NCBI GenBank assembly: GCA_963802945.1
Contig: CAWDKY010000016.1
Coordinates: 224,001 to 288,000, forward strand
Source of the DNA: an uncultured delta proteobacterium
GTDB lineage: Bacteria > Desulfobacterota > RBG-13-43-22
Direction of reading: 5' to 3'
Length of the DNA stretch: 64,000 bases
The notes below the pieces were generated by a model. That model was not told where the DNA came from. It made no database searches and was given only the letters and a program-made list of their open reading frames with translations. Both the position numbers and the translations under genes were made by a program. This document shows positions 1-9,867 of the stretch, in pieces. Each line of letters begins with the position of its first letter. Position 1 is the first letter of the stretch.

Positions 1-173
1 TGATGGGAAACCGGATCAATTATATGCCCACATCAGAAGCCATTAAACGGCGAGGCGTTGACATTGATGAGCTGGCCCTTTTTGAAAGCCTGGGGACCTG
101 TTTTGGGAGAAAACCAAAGGAATATACTTATCAACTTCATGAACAAAAAGGAGTCATTGAGAGGCACCTTTAA
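1..173 (+). CDS. 3' end of a gene running in from the left, probably 6-phosphofructokinase (partial)
   Basis: Frame from nt 3 reads MGNRINYMPTSEAIKRRGVDIDELALFESLGTCFGRKPKEYTYQLHEQKGVIERHL* (TAA 171-173); resembles deltaproteobacterial PfkA C-termini as I recall them; only the tail is visible. Confidence 0.45.
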   Translation, partial: MGNRINYMPTSEAIKRRGVDIDELALFESLGTCFGRKPKEYTYQLHEQKGVIERHL

Positions 174-179
174 AAACCA

Positions 180-260
180 GGCAACAGGCAATAGGTAAGA
201 GGCATCAGGGTTTGTTAGTAATAATTTATAGGCAGCAATTAAATCCTATTGCCTGTTGCT
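180..260. repeat. Inverted heptamer tandem array (GGCAACA/GGCAATA ... TATTGCC/TGTTGCT)
   Basis: ggcaacaggcaataggtaagaggca followed by the complementary cctattgcctgttgct. Confidence 0.75.
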
Positions 261-270
261 TAAAGTTATT

Positions 271-1284
271 ATGATTGTTCTCGGCATTGAAACCTCCTGT
301 GATGAAACTGCAGCTTCTGTCTTGAAGGATGGGAAAGGAATCCTTTCCAATGTGGTCTATTCCCAGATCGCCCTTCACCGGCCTTACGGCGGAGTGGTCC
401 CCGAACTGGCTTCTCGAAGGCATTTGGATAATATCGTTCCGGTGATCGAAGAAGCCCTCACCCAAGCCGGATTGAATTTGGAAGCCATAGAAGGCATTGC
501 CGTCACCCGAGGACCCGGACTGGTGGGTGCCCTGTTGGTAGGCTTGTGCTTTGCCAAATCGTTATCTGCGGCCAGGCGGATTCCATTATTGGGAATCAAT
601 CACATCGAAGGCCACATCTGTTCCATTTTTCTTGAAAAGGAAGTCCCCTTTCCTTTTTTATCTTTGACGGTTTCCGGCGGACATACCAGCCTGTTCTTGG
701 TTAAGGAAATCGGGTCTTATGAGACTTTGGGTCAAACCCGTGATGATGCCGCCGGCGAGGCCTTTGACAAAGTTGCCAAGCTTTTAAATCTGGGGTATCC
801 GGGTGGAGGGATCATAGAAGCCTTAGCAGAAAAAGGAGAGCCCAGGATTCGGTTCCCCAGGGCCATTCCATCGGCAGATTCCCTGGATTTCAGCTTCAGC
901 GGGATCAAGACCGCTGTAGTCAATTACGTCAAAGGATTTACGACCCCCCCCAATAGCGAAACAGGATTATCCATTGAGGATATAGCCGCCTCTTTCCAGG
1001 AGGCTGTGGTGGATATGTTGATCAAAAAGGTCACCCAGGCCCGGGAAAAATATAGGATCGAACGTCTGGTCCTGGCTGGAGGGGTGGTCTCTAACGGTTA
1101 CTTACGCCGCCGTTTCCACACTATGGCCTGGGAAGAGGGATTGGATCTATTTATCCCTTCTTCCCATCTTTGCACCGATAATGCAGCCATGATTGCCTGG
1201 GTTGGAAACCATTATCTGGAAAGAGGATACAAGGATTCCCTGGATATCGATGCCTTATCGAGGTGGAAGGTGGGGGCGTCCTAA
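271..1284 (+). CDS. tsaD: tRNA N6-threonylcarbamoyltransferase TsaD
   Basis: LGIETSCDETAA, GGVVPELASRRH, GPGL, HIEGH, VSGGHT, TRDDAAGEAFDK, DNAAMIA motifs; ATG at 271. Confidence 0.97.
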   Translation: MIVLGIETSCDETAASVLKDGKGILSNVVYSQIALHRPYGGVVPELASRRHLDNIVPVIEEALTQAGLNLEAIEGIAVTRGPGLVGALLVGLCFAKSLSAARRIPLLGINHIEGHICSIFLEKEVPFPFLSLTVSGGHTSLFLVKEIGSYETLGQTRDDAAGEAFDKVAKLLNLGYPGGGIIEALAEKGEPRIRFPRAIPSADSLDFSFSGIKTAVVNYVKGFTTPPNSETGLSIEDIAASFQEAVVDMLIKKVTQAREKYRIERLVLAGGVVSNGYLRRRFHTMAWEEGLDLFIPSSHLCTDNAAMIAWVGNHYLERGYKDSLDIDALSRWKVGAS

Positions 1285-1511
1285 AAAATAATTCGGATTT
1301 CGGATTGCGGATTTTGGAATAGAAAAAAAAGAAGGAATTATTTAGAACTGAGAAGAAATAAATGCAGGGTTGAATCCTGAAATCCTATTTTCGTACTAAA
1401 ACACGTGGGATATTAAGTTAGTAACCACACTTGCTTTTGCCATGGGGACCGCACAACCGAAGCGAAAACAGGCCCAAAGAAAAGGGTTCATTGGCCTCTT
1501 TCAGAAATCGA

Positions 1512-2363
1512 CTAGGAAGTCCCGTAACTGTGCAATCCCGACAATAGGAAGTTGACCCCGAAATAGGTAAACAGTACGCAGACAAACCCGATGATCGAAA
1601 GCCAGGCGATTCGGGATCCGTGCCAGCCTTTCATCATCCGGGCATGCAATAGGGCGGCATAAAGCAGCCAGGTGATTAAGGACCAGGTTTCTTTGGGGTC
1701 CCAGCTCCAATACGTCCCCCAGGCCGAATAAGCCCAGATCGAACCCGTGGCGATACCCACGGTCAACAATAAAAATCCGATGATAATCGTCTGGTAAATC
1801 AATTCATCCAGCATTGGAATTCCGGGGAAATAAGACGATAGGCCTTGATGATCCTTTTCCTTTTCGGTTACAGGTTTCTTGGTCAAGTACATGATACTCA
1901 GACTGCAGGAAACAGCAAAGGCTGCATAGCCTAAAAAACAGGTAATGACATGGGCTATCAACCAATTACTTTGCAAGGCCGGGAGTAGGGGCTGGATGCG
2001 GGTGTTGATATCGGGAGAAAAGGAGGCATAGGCCATGGACAGAAAAGCAAAGGGGGTGGCAAAAACTCCGATAGTTCTGGACTTTGTTTTCCATTCAATC
2101 CCGATATAAATCAGGGCGATGGTCCAGGCAAAAAAGATCAAAGACTCATAGAGATTAGAAAGCGGGGCATGACCGAATCCCATTTGATAGGATTCAATCC
2201 AACGCAGGATGATGGCCCCGGTGTGGATAAGAAAAACAATCCGGATGACCCAGCCGGCCAATCGACCCATACTCTGTTTTTTGAACACCAAAAAAATCAG
2301 ATAGAAAAGGGCTGAAAAAAAGTAGCCGAAAGTTACTAAACCAAGTAAAAAAGAACTGTTCAT
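1512..2363 (-). CDS. ccsA: Cytochrome c biogenesis system II protein, CcsA/ResC type
   Basis: WWD motif WAYSAWGTYWSWDPKETW, GHAPLSNLYES, C-terminal GLHSY, multiple TM helices (naming of ccsA/ccsB is swapped in some taxa). Confidence 0.95.
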   Translation of the reverse strand: MNSSFLLGLVTFGYFFSALFYLIFLVFKKQSMGRLAGWVIRIVFLIHTGAIILRWIESYQMGFGHAPLSNLYESLIFFAWTIALIYIGIEWKTKSRTIGVFATPFAFLSMAYASFSPDINTRIQPLLPALQSNWLIAHVITCFLGYAAFAVSCSLSIMYLTKKPVTEKEKDHQGLSSYFPGIPMLDELIYQTIIIGFLLLTVGIATGSIWAYSAWGTYWSWDPKETWSLITWLLYAALLHARMMKGWHGSRIAWLSIIGFVCVLFTYFGVNFLLSGLHSYGTS

Positions 2364-2364
2364 T

Positions 2365-3726
2365 TCAACTGCTCCGTACCTTCTCAGTTAATTGCTCCAT
2401 TTTGCGGACAAAGGCCCCTCGGTTCTTGTGGGCCGTTCCGCCCATCAAAATTTCCGTCCTTGACTCTCCTTGGGAATCCTTTTTCTCCCTGTTCCAGATC
2501 CAAACCTGTTGATGGGAAAAATAAAAGGTCACAATAAATCCGATAAGCATCAGTGACGCCCCGATCCAGATAAACCAGACCCCCGGGTCCTGATTGACCT
2601 GCAATCCGGTCAGATACTGGGTTTTGAGTTCCTGGACCTTCACATGGAATTCTCCCAGCCGGTTGCCGTGAAACTCGGGGTGGTTGGCCAGGATCCAGCC
2701 CTGATCGACTTCTTCTTGATCTTTAATTAAGATCATTCCTATGGCCGGTCCCATATCCGATAGATTGCTGACGTATCGAACCGCCTGTATGTCAAAAGGG
2801 GTTTTCGGCACAGGAACCCTTTCTTCCATTTTAAGGTCTAATTCCGATTCCTGCCCGCCTTTTTCTAAAGCGAGTTTGATGGAGACGGGAAGCTGATCCC
2901 AAGAGGATTGATAAAAATGGATGCCTTTATAAGAAAAAGGATCATTAACCCGGACAGCGGCCTTCTGCTTTTCTATTCCTTGCTCTTGGATACTCAGATC
3001 CGACCGGTATTCTTTGGGCATCCCGTTGGGGTAGAAGGTCATGGCAAAGTGATCCAATCTGACGGAAAAGCCTAATTTTTTAGGGGGGTAACCCTCTTTG
3101 ATGAAAACCTGGTCTGCGCTCTCTCCTTCCTTGAGTTCCAAAAAGCCTTTAAAACCGTATAAAGACCCGATGATGGCCCCTAAAAAAATAACCAGGACGC
3201 TCAAATGGATCAGGTACACCCCGAAGCGGCTGAATCGACCCTTTTCCAGATAGAAGGCTGTTCCCTGTTCTGAGGAGAGGGGTTTCATCTTTCTAAAGTG
3301 CCAGTCAAACAGGGATTGTGCCCAAGCCCTGGAGTCCAGGGGCGTTTCTTTCAAAGTGAGCTTATGGTGAAAAGGCAGGGTTTCAAACAGATGCTCGGAA
3401 ACGGACCGCGGAAAAGCCATGGCCACCTTCCAGGTGGAAGAAATTCGTTTCAGGGAACAAACCACCAGATTAACGGTCAATAAAACCAAGAGCCATTGAA
3501 ACCACCAGGAATGATACATATCATAAAGCTGAAAAAAGCGAACCAGCTTATCGGCTAATAATCCATAGCGCTGCCCATAAAACGCCAGGGGTTCTCCCTG
3601 GGGCAACACAGTCCCCAGGATGGAGGTTATGGCCAGAGTGATGAGGAGGACCAGGGCCAATCTAATTGAGGAGAAAAAATTAATGATCTCAGACCCGATA
3701 CTTTTTGAAGATTTTGTATTAGCCAT
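2365..3726 (-). CDS. ccsB: Cytochrome c biogenesis protein, ResB/Ccs1 (CcsB) type
   Basis: SSIRLALVLL..SILGTVLPQ, DMYHSWWF, GVYLIHLS, TGLQVNQDPG; adjacent to the CcsA/ResC gene; ATG at 3726. Confidence 0.93.
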   Translation of the reverse strand: MANTKSSKSIGSEIINFFSSIRLALVLLITLAITSILGTVLPQGEPLAFYGQRYGLLADKLVRFFQLYDMYHSWWFQWLLVLLTVNLVVCSLKRISSTWKVAMAFPRSVSEHLFETLPFHHKLTLKETPLDSRAWAQSLFDWHFRKMKPLSSEQGTAFYLEKGRFSRFGVYLIHLSVLVIFLGAIIGSLYGFKGFLELKEGESADQVFIKEGYPPKKLGFSVRLDHFAMTFYPNGMPKEYRSDLSIQEQGIEKQKAAVRVNDPFSYKGIHFYQSSWDQLPVSIKLALEKGGQESELDLKMEERVPVPKTPFDIQAVRYVSNLSDMGPAIGMILIKDQEEVDQGWILANHPEFHGNRLGEFHVKVQELKTQYLTGLQVNQDPGVWFIWIGASLMLIGFIVTFYFSHQQVWIWNREKKDSQGESRTEILMGGTAHKNRGAFVRKMEQLTEKVRSS

Positions 3727-3877
3727 ATTTGGATAGTTACCATAACTGAAAAGATGGGACAAGTTATTAAATTCTCCGGCCAAGGTCTTTATAAAACAAT
3801 GGGAAGGGATTGGTTGAAAGGATTGACTGGCCGGACTAATTGTGATACTCTTTTAAATACTAAATAAGGCAAAGATT

Positions 3878-5164
3878 ATGTTGGATTTAAAATTGATAAG
3901 GGAAAGATTGGCTTGGGTGCAGGATCGGCTGTCCCTGCGGGGTCAGGATTTGCCCTGGGAGACCTTTGAGTCTTTGGATAAAGAACGGCGGGAGATACTC
4001 CAGGAGGCAGAGACCCTGAAGCATCGTCGGAATACGGTTTCCGACCAGATCGGGCGTTTGAAACAGGAAAAGAAGGAGGCCCGGGAGGCCATTGAGGAAA
4101 TGCGTCAGGTCTCCAAACGGATCAAAGAATTGGATGATTCCCTGGCCGGGATTGAAGAACAATTTTCTGCTATCCTGCTCACCTTGCCTAATATCCCGCA
4201 TGAGACGGTTCCTGTAGGTTATACCAGCGAGGACAATCCGGTTGTTCGGACCTGGGGTGAGAAACCGGTTTTCTCATTTACGCCCCGGCCTCATTGGGAG
4301 ATCGGGGAGAACCTGGATATTCTCGATTTTGAACGGGCCACTCGTATGACCGGAGCCCGTTTTGTGATCTATAAAGGGCTGGGGGCCCGTCTGGAACGGG
4401 CCTTGATCAATTTTATGCTGGAACTGCACACCACCAAACATGGTTACACTGAAATCCTGCCACCTTTTATGGTCAACAGCCAGAGCATGATCGGGACCGG
4501 CCAATTACCCAAATTTCGAGATGAACTATTTAAATTGGAAGGGTGGGATTATTTTCTGATTCCAACGGCCGAAGTACCGGTGACCAATCTCTATCAACAG
4601 GAAATCCTTTCCGCCCAGGAAATGCCCAAATATTTTGTTTCCTATACCCCTTGTTTTCGATCCGAGGCCGGTTCTTACGGCAAGGACACCAGAGGGCTTA
4701 TCCGCCAGCATCAGTTCAATAAGGTGGAATTGGTGAAGTTCTGTGCCCCCGAAGAATCTTATGCTGAACTGGAAGGCTTGCTGCAAAACGCCGAAGAGGT
4801 CCTCAAGCAATTGAATCTGCCTTATCAGGTGGTCAGCCTTTGTACCGGAGATCTCGGATTTGCTTCCGCCAAAACCTATGACATTGAGGTCTGGCTTCCG
4901 GGGCAAAATCTTTATAGGGAAATATCTTCGTGCAGCAATTTTGAAGATTTTCAGGCCCGCCGGGCCAACATCCGTTTCCGTCGGGAAGGGCGGACCAAGA
5001 CCGAATTGGTCCATACGCTCAATGGATCCGGATTGGCCGTAGGCAGAACCCTGGTGGCCCTCCTGGAAAACTACCAGCAGGCAGACGGCAGCGTTTTGAT
5101 CCCGCCGGTCCTCCAGCCTTATATGAACGGCGTCAGTTGTATTAAAAAAAAGGCTGAAGACTGA
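3878..5164 (+). CDS. serS: Seryl-tRNA synthetase
   Basis: MLDLKLIR start, [52 protein letters not shown]. Confidence 0.98.
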   Translation: MLDLKLIRERLAWVQDRLSLRGQDLPWETFESLDKERREILQEAETLKHRRNTVSDQIGRLKQEKKEAREAIEEMRQVSKRIKELDDSLAGIEEQFSAILLTLPNIPHETVPVGYTSEDNPVVRTWGEKPVFSFTPRPHWEIGENLDILDFERATRMTGARFVIYKGLGARLERALINFMLELHTTKHGYTEILPPFMVNSQSMIGTGQLPKFRDELFKLEGWDYFLIPTAEVPVTNLYQQEILSAQEMPKYFVSYTPCFRSEAGSYGKDTRGLIRQHQFNKVELVKFCAPEESYAELEGLLQNAEEVLKQLNLPYQVVSLCTGDLGFASAKTYDIEVWLPGQNLYREISSCSNFEDFQARRANIRFRREGRTKTELVHTLNGSGLAVGRTLVALLENYQQADGSVLIPPVLQPYMNGVSCIKKKAED

Positions 5165-5248
5165 AGGCCGAAGGTTTGAGGTTGCACTTCAAAGTTCAAA
5201 GTTAAAAAACCTTAGACCGGATACCTTGACCCTTAGACCCTGTACCCG
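5152..5248. repeat. Inverted 7-mer tandem array between convergent serS and queD
   Basis: gctgaagactgaaggccgaaggtttgagg ... ccttagaccggataccttgacccttagaccctgtaccc; begins inside the last serS codons. Confidence 0.6.
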
Positions 5249-5251
5249 TGT

Positions 5252-5623
5252 TTATTCGCCGAAATAAGTGGCACAGGCAGAATCCGATTCCCAAACAGAG
5301 ACCTTGCTCACTCGTACCTGATTATCATTCAGATGGCGGCTTAATTCATGAAAGAGATAACGGGCAATGTGTTCCGAGGAAGGATTTTCTACTTGAAAAG
5401 GAGCCAATTCGTTCAGGTACTTGTGGTCCAGCCCATCCAGGACTTCCTGAGTAACAGCTTTCATTTCTCCGAAGTCCCTGACCAGACCTGCTGAATTCAA
5501 TTGGACGGCCCGGACAAAGACCTCCACCTTCCAATTGTGACCATGGAGTTGTTCGCATTTTCCCTGATAATTCCTTAAATGATGGGCGGCTGCAAATTGG
5601 GTGATGATGGTTAGTTCAAACAT
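5252..5623 (-). CDS. queD: 6-carboxy-5,6,7,8-tetrahydropterin synthase
   Basis: FAAAHHL, CEQLHGHNW, LDHKYLNE, NPSSEHIA, VWES motifs. Confidence 0.95.
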   Translation of the reverse strand: MFELTIITQFAAAHHLRNYQGKCEQLHGHNWKVEVFVRAVQLNSAGLVRDFGEMKAVTQEVLDGLDHKYLNELAPFQVENPSSEHIARYLFHELSRHLNDNQVRVSKVSVWESDSACATYFGE

Positions 5624-5840
5624 GGATCAGGATATCTTTGAAGTTTTTAAAATTTTGAGACGGTTTTGAAACTTTCTGGGCCAGTCCTTTGAGGTCCACT
5701 TGCAAACTGGCTATGTCCTGATGACGTTTTTCTATCAGACGTTCCAGTTCGGTCAGACCGTATTGAACCACCTCGATCTCTTTTTTCAGGAGTTCTTCCT
5801 GTATCCGTTGATTAATTTGTTTGATGAGTCCTGGATCCAT
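5616..5840 (-). CDS. Small coiled-coil hypothetical protein
   Basis: 74-aa ORF in tandem with queD; removing one base near 5673 gives QKFQNRLKILKTSKIS* ending at 5627, so a possible indel. Confidence 0.6.
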   Translation of the reverse strand: MDPGLIKQINQRIQEELLKKEIEVVQYGLTELERLIEKRHQDIASLQVDLKGLAQKVSKPSQNFKNFKDILIHV

Positions 5841-6004
5841 GGCCGATAATGGCTCCCTTGCTCCGGAAATTAATTCAAGTTACGGCAATTGATTATAGTA
5901 TGAAAGAAACCCTCTTCAAAGTCAAGGATTGGTTTAATCATCACTACAGGGTTGACAGGATGAAACAGGCATGCTATTTTTCCTCTAATTGAAGGAGAAT
6001 AATT

Positions 6005-7660
6005 ATGAAACAAAAAAATGCTCTTACTTCATGCCGAAAAGGTTTTTGGGGATTGACTTTTATCCTTGCTTTCTTCCTGACTGCGAACTCTTGGGCTGAA
6101 GGAGTTAAAAAGGTGGCTATCCTTCCTTTTGCCATCAACTCAGCGGAACGGATGGACTTTTTGCGGGAAGGGGTTCAGGACATGCTTGCTTCGCGCCTGA
6201 CCTGGGAAGATAAAGTCCTGGTCCTAGACAGCACCCAGGTTCAGAATATCAGGGAAAAAATATCAGGACTTGTGGATGAAGCCCGCGCTGTTGAGATCGG
6301 AAAACAATTGGGAGTAGATGTGGTCCTTTGGGGCAGTATCAATGTCTTGGGTACCACGGTCAGTCTTGATATTAACTTGGTGGATATTGCCCTTCGCCAG
6401 CCCCTGAAAAAATTCTATGCCCAAGCCAAGAATATGGATGAAGTTATTATCAGGGTCAACGAATTGTCGGACACGATTAATAAAAAGGTGTTTGATCATG
6501 TCCGGAAGTCTCCAACTTCATCGGAGGCGGCAGCTCAACCCAAAAGTCAGGAGCCGTCAGCGGAAAATGCTCCTTCCGGGAAGGCCCCTCTTTCACTTAA
6601 GGGATTTACGATTAACCCCCTTTCTCCTCAGATTATTATCAATGCCGGTGGCTTTGATATGGCCGGTGTCTGGCGAAGCACTATCTTACCTTTTGCTGTT
6701 GTCGACATGGCCTTCGGTGATTTAGAAGGAGACGGCAAAATTGAAACGGTTTTGATCAGCAAGAACCGAGTCTATATCTATCGCTATATTCAAGATAGAT
6801 TCGAGTTGGTCAAAGAGATTCGCGGAGGTCGTTGGGATAATTACCTGAGTGTGGATGTGGCCGACATTCATGGGACCGGGACCCCACAAATTTTTGTTAC
6901 CAATTACCGGGACAACACACTACGATCCTTTACCCTTTCCTGGTCCCAGGGGGAGTATAAAACCATCGCCAAAAATGTCCCTTATTACCTTCGAGTCCAT
7001 CAGTTGCCCGGAAGAGGGGCTGTCCTGTTGGGCCAGCAAAGATATGGCGAGTTGTTTTTTGATGACAAAATAGTCATTCTTTCCTGGAAAGAGGGACGGT
7101 ATGTTGAGGTGGAGCAATTGAAAGTCCCTAAGGGATTGACGGTTTTTGATTTTGTTTTACTGGAAGACAATCCAGACGGTTCTCAAGAGATCCTCCATGT
7201 CAATCGCAATAACCGGTTAATGGTTTTGTCAGAAAAAGGCAAAGCCAAATATTCCAGCAGCGATTCCTACGCGGGTACAATTAACCATCTCAGCCAATCG
7301 TCGAATACCAAAGATTTGTTCGGTGGGCCCGCGGAGGATAAAGAGCTGGCTTATATCCCGGCCCGTTTAGTGGTTACTTCGGTATCAAACCCGGGGAAAA
7401 AGGAGATCATCCTGAATAAAAACAAGGGGTCGTTTTTTAATTTTCTGGACCGGTACCGCGCCTTCAGTAGTGGTGAGATCTATTCCATCTCCTGGGACGG
7501 AGGCAATATGAAAGAAAATTGGAGGACCCCGACCATCAACGATTATATCGCCACTTTCAATGTGGGTGATTTTAAGAATAACGGCCAGAAGCAACTGGTG
7601 GTGGGGGCTGTTCAGAGTACCGGATACCTTTATCTCCGATGGCCGCAGTATCTTGTATAG
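6005..7660 (+). CDS. Exported protein with TolB-N/CsgG-like N-domain and FG-GAP/VCBS repeats
   Basis: Signal peptide, KVAILPF..N motif, repeats GDLEGDGKIE, ADIHGTGTPQ, GDFKNNGQKQ; the C-terminus probably continues in another frame (FISDGRSILYSYDL...) to about 7694. Confidence 0.75.
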   Translation: MKQKNALTSCRKGFWGLTFILAFFLTANSWAEGVKKVAILPFAINSAERMDFLREGVQDMLASRLTWEDKVLVLDSTQVQNIREKISGLVDEARAVEIGKQLGVDVVLWGSINVLGTTVSLDINLVDIALRQPLKKFYAQAKNMDEVIIRVNELSDTINKKVFDHVRKSPTSSEAAAQPKSQEPSAENAPSGKAPLSLKGFTINPLSPQIIINAGGFDMAGVWRSTILPFAVVDMAFGDLEGDGKIETVLISKNRVYIYRYIQDRFELVKEIRGGRWDNYLSVDVADIHGTGTPQIFVTNYRDNTLRSFTLSWSQGEYKTIAKNVPYYLRVHQLPGRGAVLLGQQRYGELFFDDKIVILSWKEGRYVEVEQLKVPKGLTVFDFVLLEDNPDGSQEILHVNRNNRLMVLSEKGKAKYSSSDSYAGTINHLSQSSNTKDLFGGPAEDKELAYIPARLVVTSVSNPGKKEIILNKNKGSFFNFLDRYRAFSSGEIYSISWDGGNMKENWRTPTINDYIATFNVGDFKNNGQKQLVVGAVQSTGYLYLRWPQYLV

Positions 7661-7706
7661 TTATGATTTGGGAGAGGTTAAACACCGGCCCTAAAACGGG
7701 TCATGT

Positions 7707-7783
7707 GGCGGTGTAGCTCAGGTGGTCAGAGCATGCGGCTCATATCCGCAGTGTCCGGGGTTCAAGTCCCTGCACCGCCACCA
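7707..7783 (+). tRNA. tRNA-Met (CAT), elongator type
   Basis: GGCGGTG/CACCGCC acceptor stem with paired 1-72, TAGCTCAG D arm, TGCGG-CTCATAT-CCGCA anticodon arm, GTTCAAGTC T loop, encoded CCA; Ile2 not formally excluded. Confidence 0.93.
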
Positions 7784-7956
7784 AAAAAAATCTAATTACT
7801 CCAACGGATCAATATACTTTTGATAAGAATTAGAGGCTTTGGGTTTTCCTCTCAAGGCCTCTTTCCTTTATCTTTCCTCCTTGAGGATCTGCGTTGTGGC
7901 CTTGATCATGAGTTGGGCTGATTTCCCGTCCTGAATGCTGATGATGGAGTTGCGGA

Positions 7957-8640
7957 ATGAAAACTTGGGCGTATACATTTTTTTTCATCATGGCCTTTTG
8001 GTTAAGCCTGGGATCGTCCTTCTCCGGTGTTCTTTTTCCTTCCATCCGGCTTTCAGAAACCGATTATCATTTTAAAGAAGTGGAAGAGGGGACCATCCTC
8101 TCCCATGATTATTTGGTGAAGAATACCGGCTCGGCAACCCTTCAAATTCTTGATGTCCGCCCGGGCTGAGGCTGCTCGGTGGCCCATTTCGATCGGGCCA
8201 TCCCCCCTGGAGGGGAGGGGAAAGTGACCTTAACCTTAAATTTAAAAGAATATCAAGGACCGGTCTGGAAATCCGCAACGATCTTAAGCAACGATCCTCA
8301 ACAACCTTCTATTGCCGTGAACTTACACGGTACGGTCCGTCCTCATATTGAAATACGGCCGGCCTCTTTTGTTCAATTCAAGGGAGCAGAAAAGGGAGAT
8401 CAGGAAAGGGTGATTGATTTAATAACCACTTCTCAACCTTTTCAAATCCTGAAGATTGAAAATACCTTGGGGGGAAAAATCGCCTATCAGTTGGAAACCA
8501 AGGTCGAAGGCCGGCATTATCGCCTTAAAATCATTAACCGCCAAAGCAAGGAAAACTATTCGGGAATACTCAAGTGTTTCACCAACCATCCCAAAAAGCC
8601 GGAACTTCAGATCCAAATCAGCGGCACTCTTGGCGGATAG
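7957..8640 (+). CDS. DUF1573-type (Ig-like) exported protein with in-frame UGA (8167-8169), candidate selenoprotein, 227 aa
   Basis: ORFs 7957-8169 and 8179-8640 share a frame: ..VKNTGSATLQILDVRPG-UGA-GCSVAHFDRAIPPGGEGKV.., matching the DUF1573 pattern NTG..PL.I..V..sCGCt.....IpPG. Confidence 0.85.
8179..8220 (+). promoter_or_regulatory. Putative bacterial SECIS-like hairpin(s) downstream of the UGA
   Basis: GTGGCCC-ATTTCGATC-GGGCCAT stem begins 10 nt after UGA; a second hairpin CCCC-TGGA-GGGG follows. Confidence 0.55.
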
Positions 8641-8649
8641 AGGTAAGCG

Positions 8650-9867
8650 ATGCATATTGTGGCCCTGACCCATCTTTTTTTTCCGGCCCAGGGAGGAACG
8701 GAAATCTCCCTTCGGCAATGGACTAAAGAACTGGTTAAAAGAGGACACCAGGTGACCGTGATAACCTCCAATCAGACGGCCCTGGAAGCATTTAAGCGTC
8801 CCCGAACCGACCACTCTTTGAAAGCCGAAGAGGTCCGGGAAGGGATTCGTATCTTACGATTACCCCTTACCCCCAACCAACAATATATCCTGGCCAAAAC
8901 AGGGGCCATGGCCTTGCGAAGCCGTCTGCCCGGCGGAGACCGCCTCTGGTTCATGACCCAGATTCCCCATCTGCCCCAGATGATCAAAACAACCCAGGAG
9001 CTCAATCCGGATTTGATCTATGCCGTTCCGTTTCCGACCGCCACTATCTATTATGCCTCGATGGCCGCTCAAAAAACAGGCTGCCCCTGGGTTATTCAAC
9101 CTCATTTGCATTTGAAAGATATAAACTCCTCTCTAATGAAAATCCTTCGCTGGCTATTCCCCAAGGCTTCGGCCATATTGAGCAATACCTTGGCCGAGAA
9201 GGCTTATCTGATAAAGCAGGGCATTCAAGAAGAAAAGATTCATGCCCTGGGACAGGGAATAGACCTTTCTCTCCTGGCGGGAGGCGATGGCCATCGATTC
9301 CGATCAGACCACGGCCTGACGGATGAACCGTTGATCCTTTTTCTAGGCCGTAAGGTGGAAAACAAAGGGATCGACACCCTGCTGGAAGCCATGCCCTTGA
9401 TCTGGAAAGGGGAAGCTCGGGCGGTTCTAGTCCTGGCCGGTCACTCCAGCCCCTATTTTCAAAGCTTATACTACGGTCATCCTCTATCCCATGATCACCG
9501 AATTATCTCCGTGGATGATTTTCCGGAAGAAGAAAAAAAAGACCTGCTGAAGGCCTGTGATCTTTTGATTCTGCCCTCCCAGGCTGAAAGTTTCGGGGTG
9601 GTATTTCTGGAGGCCTGGGCCAAAGGCAAGCCGGTGATCGGAGCCCGCATACCTGCCGTAGAGGAGATGATCGTTGATGGAGAAGATGGATTTGTGATCC
9701 CTTATGGGGATCCGGTCAGTCTGGCCATCGCGGCCCAAAAACTGATTAAAGATCCCGATCTACGCCAGAGAATGGGAGAAAAGGGAAAATTCAAAGTAGA
9801 GCATGATTTTGAAATCAACCGGGTCACCGATCGCATGGAGGCCTTGTTTTTAAGCCTGATGAAATAA
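8650..9867 (+). CDS. Glycosyltransferase family 4
   Basis: GGTE N-motif, LFLGRKVENKG, PSQAESFGVVFLEAWAKGKPVIG (EX7E). Confidence 0.93.
   Translation: MHIVALTHLFFPAQGGTEISLRQWTKELVKRGHQVTVITSNQTALEAFKRPRTDHSLKAEEVREGIRILRLPLTPNQQYILAKTGAMALRSRLPGGDRLWFMTQIPHLPQMIKTTQELNPDLIYAVPFPTATIYYASMAAQKTGCPWVIQPHLHLKDINSSLMKILRWLFPKASAILSNTLAEKAYLIKQGIQEEKIHALGQGIDLSLLAGGDGHRFRSDHGLTDEPLILFLGRKVENKGIDTLLEAMPLIWKGEARAVLVLAGHSSPYFQSLYYGHPLSHDHRIISVDDFPEEEKKDLLKACDLLILPSQAESFGVVFLEAWAKGKPVIGARIPAVEEMIVDGEDGFVIPYGDPVSLAIAAQKLIKDPDLRQRMGEKGKFKVEHDFEINRVTDRMEALFLSLMK

Noticed and set aside
3878-5164. serS proximity as support for the selenoprotein
   Set aside because: SerRS charges tRNA-Sec but is universal, so its location is not evidence
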